Positions 62,135-64,000 of a stretch of 64,000 nt of DNA are shown one piece after another. The notes under the pieces are model-generated. The model saw only the letters and a list, made by a program, of their open reading frames with translations, was not told where the DNA came from and ran no database searches. Made by a program: the position numbers and the translations under genes. How positions within the stretch are numbered: the first letter of the stretch is position 1; the number at the start of each line of letters is the position of its first letter. Source of the stretch: Octopus sinensis (lineage: Eukaryota); the NCBI RefSeq assembly GCF_006345805.1, contig NC_042997.1, positions 155,558,001 through 155,622,000 on the forward strand. Reading direction: 5' to 3'.

Positions 62135-62449
62135 CAGGGTGCGGTGAATAAATTGTCATCTAATTTATGCGAAAATGAAAATAACACTGACATCTCATTT
62201 TAACAGATATATTTACCAAATTTACATAAAAATATCTTGAAATACTAAAGCGTAAATTTATTCAATAAAACCGTCATTGGCTTCAACTGCGGCCTCCAGA
62301 TGACTTCAGAATCTCCTGCAACTCTTCTGGGTGGTCTCCTTGTTTAAGTTGGTAAATGCTGCCACAATCCTTGCCTTCAGTTCATCTTTGGTGTTACAAG
62401 GAGTTTTGTTGTTCTCTCACTCAGATATGCCTCACACATAATAATTAAG
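62135..62449 (-). mobile_element. Terminal fragment of the same maT-type family
   Basis: High similarity to 60137-60430. Confidence 0.8.
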
Positions 62450-62696
62450 TGCCACTGTATCATTGCTCTCTGCTAGTCCCTGACCTGTGTGTTCCACCCA
62501 TACACCCTGTCTCATTGTATCATTGCTATCTGCTAGACCCCAACATGTGTGTTCCACCTACATGTAACAAGAAAGCTTTTCATACACCCTACCCCAACAA
62601 ACCAATCTACATCTCTACATCTCTTCTCTTCCTCACATTTCCTCCTTCATACACTATCCCCGCTTCTCACTCCCCAATCCTGTACTCATGGCTCCT

Positions 62697-63490
62697 CTGT
62701 ATCATTGCTATCCTGTGCTCCCCCTCCACTCCATACATACCCAGGTTTTCCTCACACACTTTCCCCCTCCACATGCTTTAGTCATACTTCCTTCATGATA
62801 CCCTGCCACTTAGATTATGGCATTTGATCCTCAAGATTATGCCCTACTCAACCATCCCATTTATATTCTGATCCCCATCCCTTCTGGGTATGCCCGGCTC
62901 TTTGCCCCCATCTCCATCCTGCTGTCTCCCACTCTCTCTCTCTCACCCTCCTTCTCTTGCACTTCCCTCATGTTGGGTAAACATGTATTTCCTTTGCAGC
63001 AGCACACCTGTTTCTGTCTTCATTCTTGATCTCTCTCTCTTTCTCTCTCCGGCTGGGTAACTTTGTACCTCCTCTACAGCAAGACATCTATTTCTGTCTC
63101 TCTGCCTCACTATAACCTTTCATCATCCAGCATAAGATCACCTTTTCCAAAGTCCCCTCCCCTCTCAAAAAAGTTTTTTTTTTTTGGTCTTTCAAGTTAC
63201 TTGGTGACCCTGTCAGTGCAGGTGCCACTTAAAAGCACCCAGTCCACACTGTAAAGTGGTTGGCATTTGGAATAGCATCCAGCTGTAAAAACGTTTACCA
63301 AAACTGACCTCACCTGTGATTGTGCCAAGTAAAAATCACTAAATCCACTCTGCTGATGTAAGGAAAGGTATCCAGCTGTAAAAATCCTGCCAAAACAGTT
63401 ACAGAAGTTTGGTGTAGGCTTCTGCTTGGCCGGCTCTTATCAAACCATCCATGCCAGCATGGAATGCAGACGTTAAATGATGATGATAAT
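62697..63490 (+). mobile_element. Non-autonomous element with RTE-type tail (paralog of 48040-48925)
   Basis: Collinear similarity and (GAT)n end. Confidence 0.7.
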
Positions 63491-63495
63491 ATATA

Positions 63496-64000
63496 CTGAG
63501 TTGGTAAAAAAGTGCGTAGCATTTTAAAAATAAAATTCATTAACAATGTTTAGATAGTTGTACATACTTTTACTCAACTACATATTTCCCAGGTGAGGTA
63601 GGACATCCCATCCAAGCTGCACCAATTTCTGCCTGGTTTGCAGAGAAATGTGCAGTCTAGCATTGTCCTGATGTAAGATGACACCCTTTCAGTTGGCTAA
63701 TTCTGGAATTACTTCCTTTAATTGGTCTAATTGGAAACAATAATAGTCTGAATTTAACATTTGATTTTGTGCAAGTTGCTCATAATACACAATGTCCTTC
63801 AAATCCCACCAGATAGAGAGCCTCACCTTCTTCGGATACAGACCAGCTTTTGGAGAGACTGAATGCAGTTCATCTCATTTTCCCCAAGACCTTTTTCAAT
63901 TTATGTTGTAAATAATCTATTTCTCATCACACATGATCATTTTTTTCCAAAAATGGATCATTTTTGTTTTATCTGAGCAGAGAATCACAGATGGAAATAC
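63496..64000 (-). mobile_element. Degenerate mariner, runs off the window
   Basis: PFLEKMIMCDEK..KRSWG..KKVRLSIWWDLKDIVYYE on the minus strand. Confidence 0.75.

Overview
Repeat-dominated eukaryotic DNA, most likely octopus (coleoid cephalopod). This assignment is an inference from SINE/RTE families I recognise and TTAGGG repeats; no database was searched. I found no confident host protein-coding gene. The only clear host gene is an intact tRNA-Gln(CTG) at 10247-10318. The rest is a nested transposon landscape: several SINE families (many as internal multimers), degenerate Tc1/mariner elements, three non-autonomous Helitrons, two solo LTRs with 4-bp TSDs, a 5'-truncated L1/Tx1 copy, a CR1 relic split by a ~1.2-kb triplet expansion, a near-full-length RTE LINE with a PHD-type finger inside its RT, two families of GG...CC 8-bp-TSD DNA elements carrying TTAGGG repeats, and long microsatellites that explain most ORF-track entries. 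The main leads are two Penelope-type minimal hammerhead ribozyme motifs. One forms the 3' tail of a TSD-flanked tRNA-headed SINE (29494-29739). The other is present on both strands of a perfect 109-bp-arm palindrome (59708-59927) whose left arm was split by the RTE insertion.
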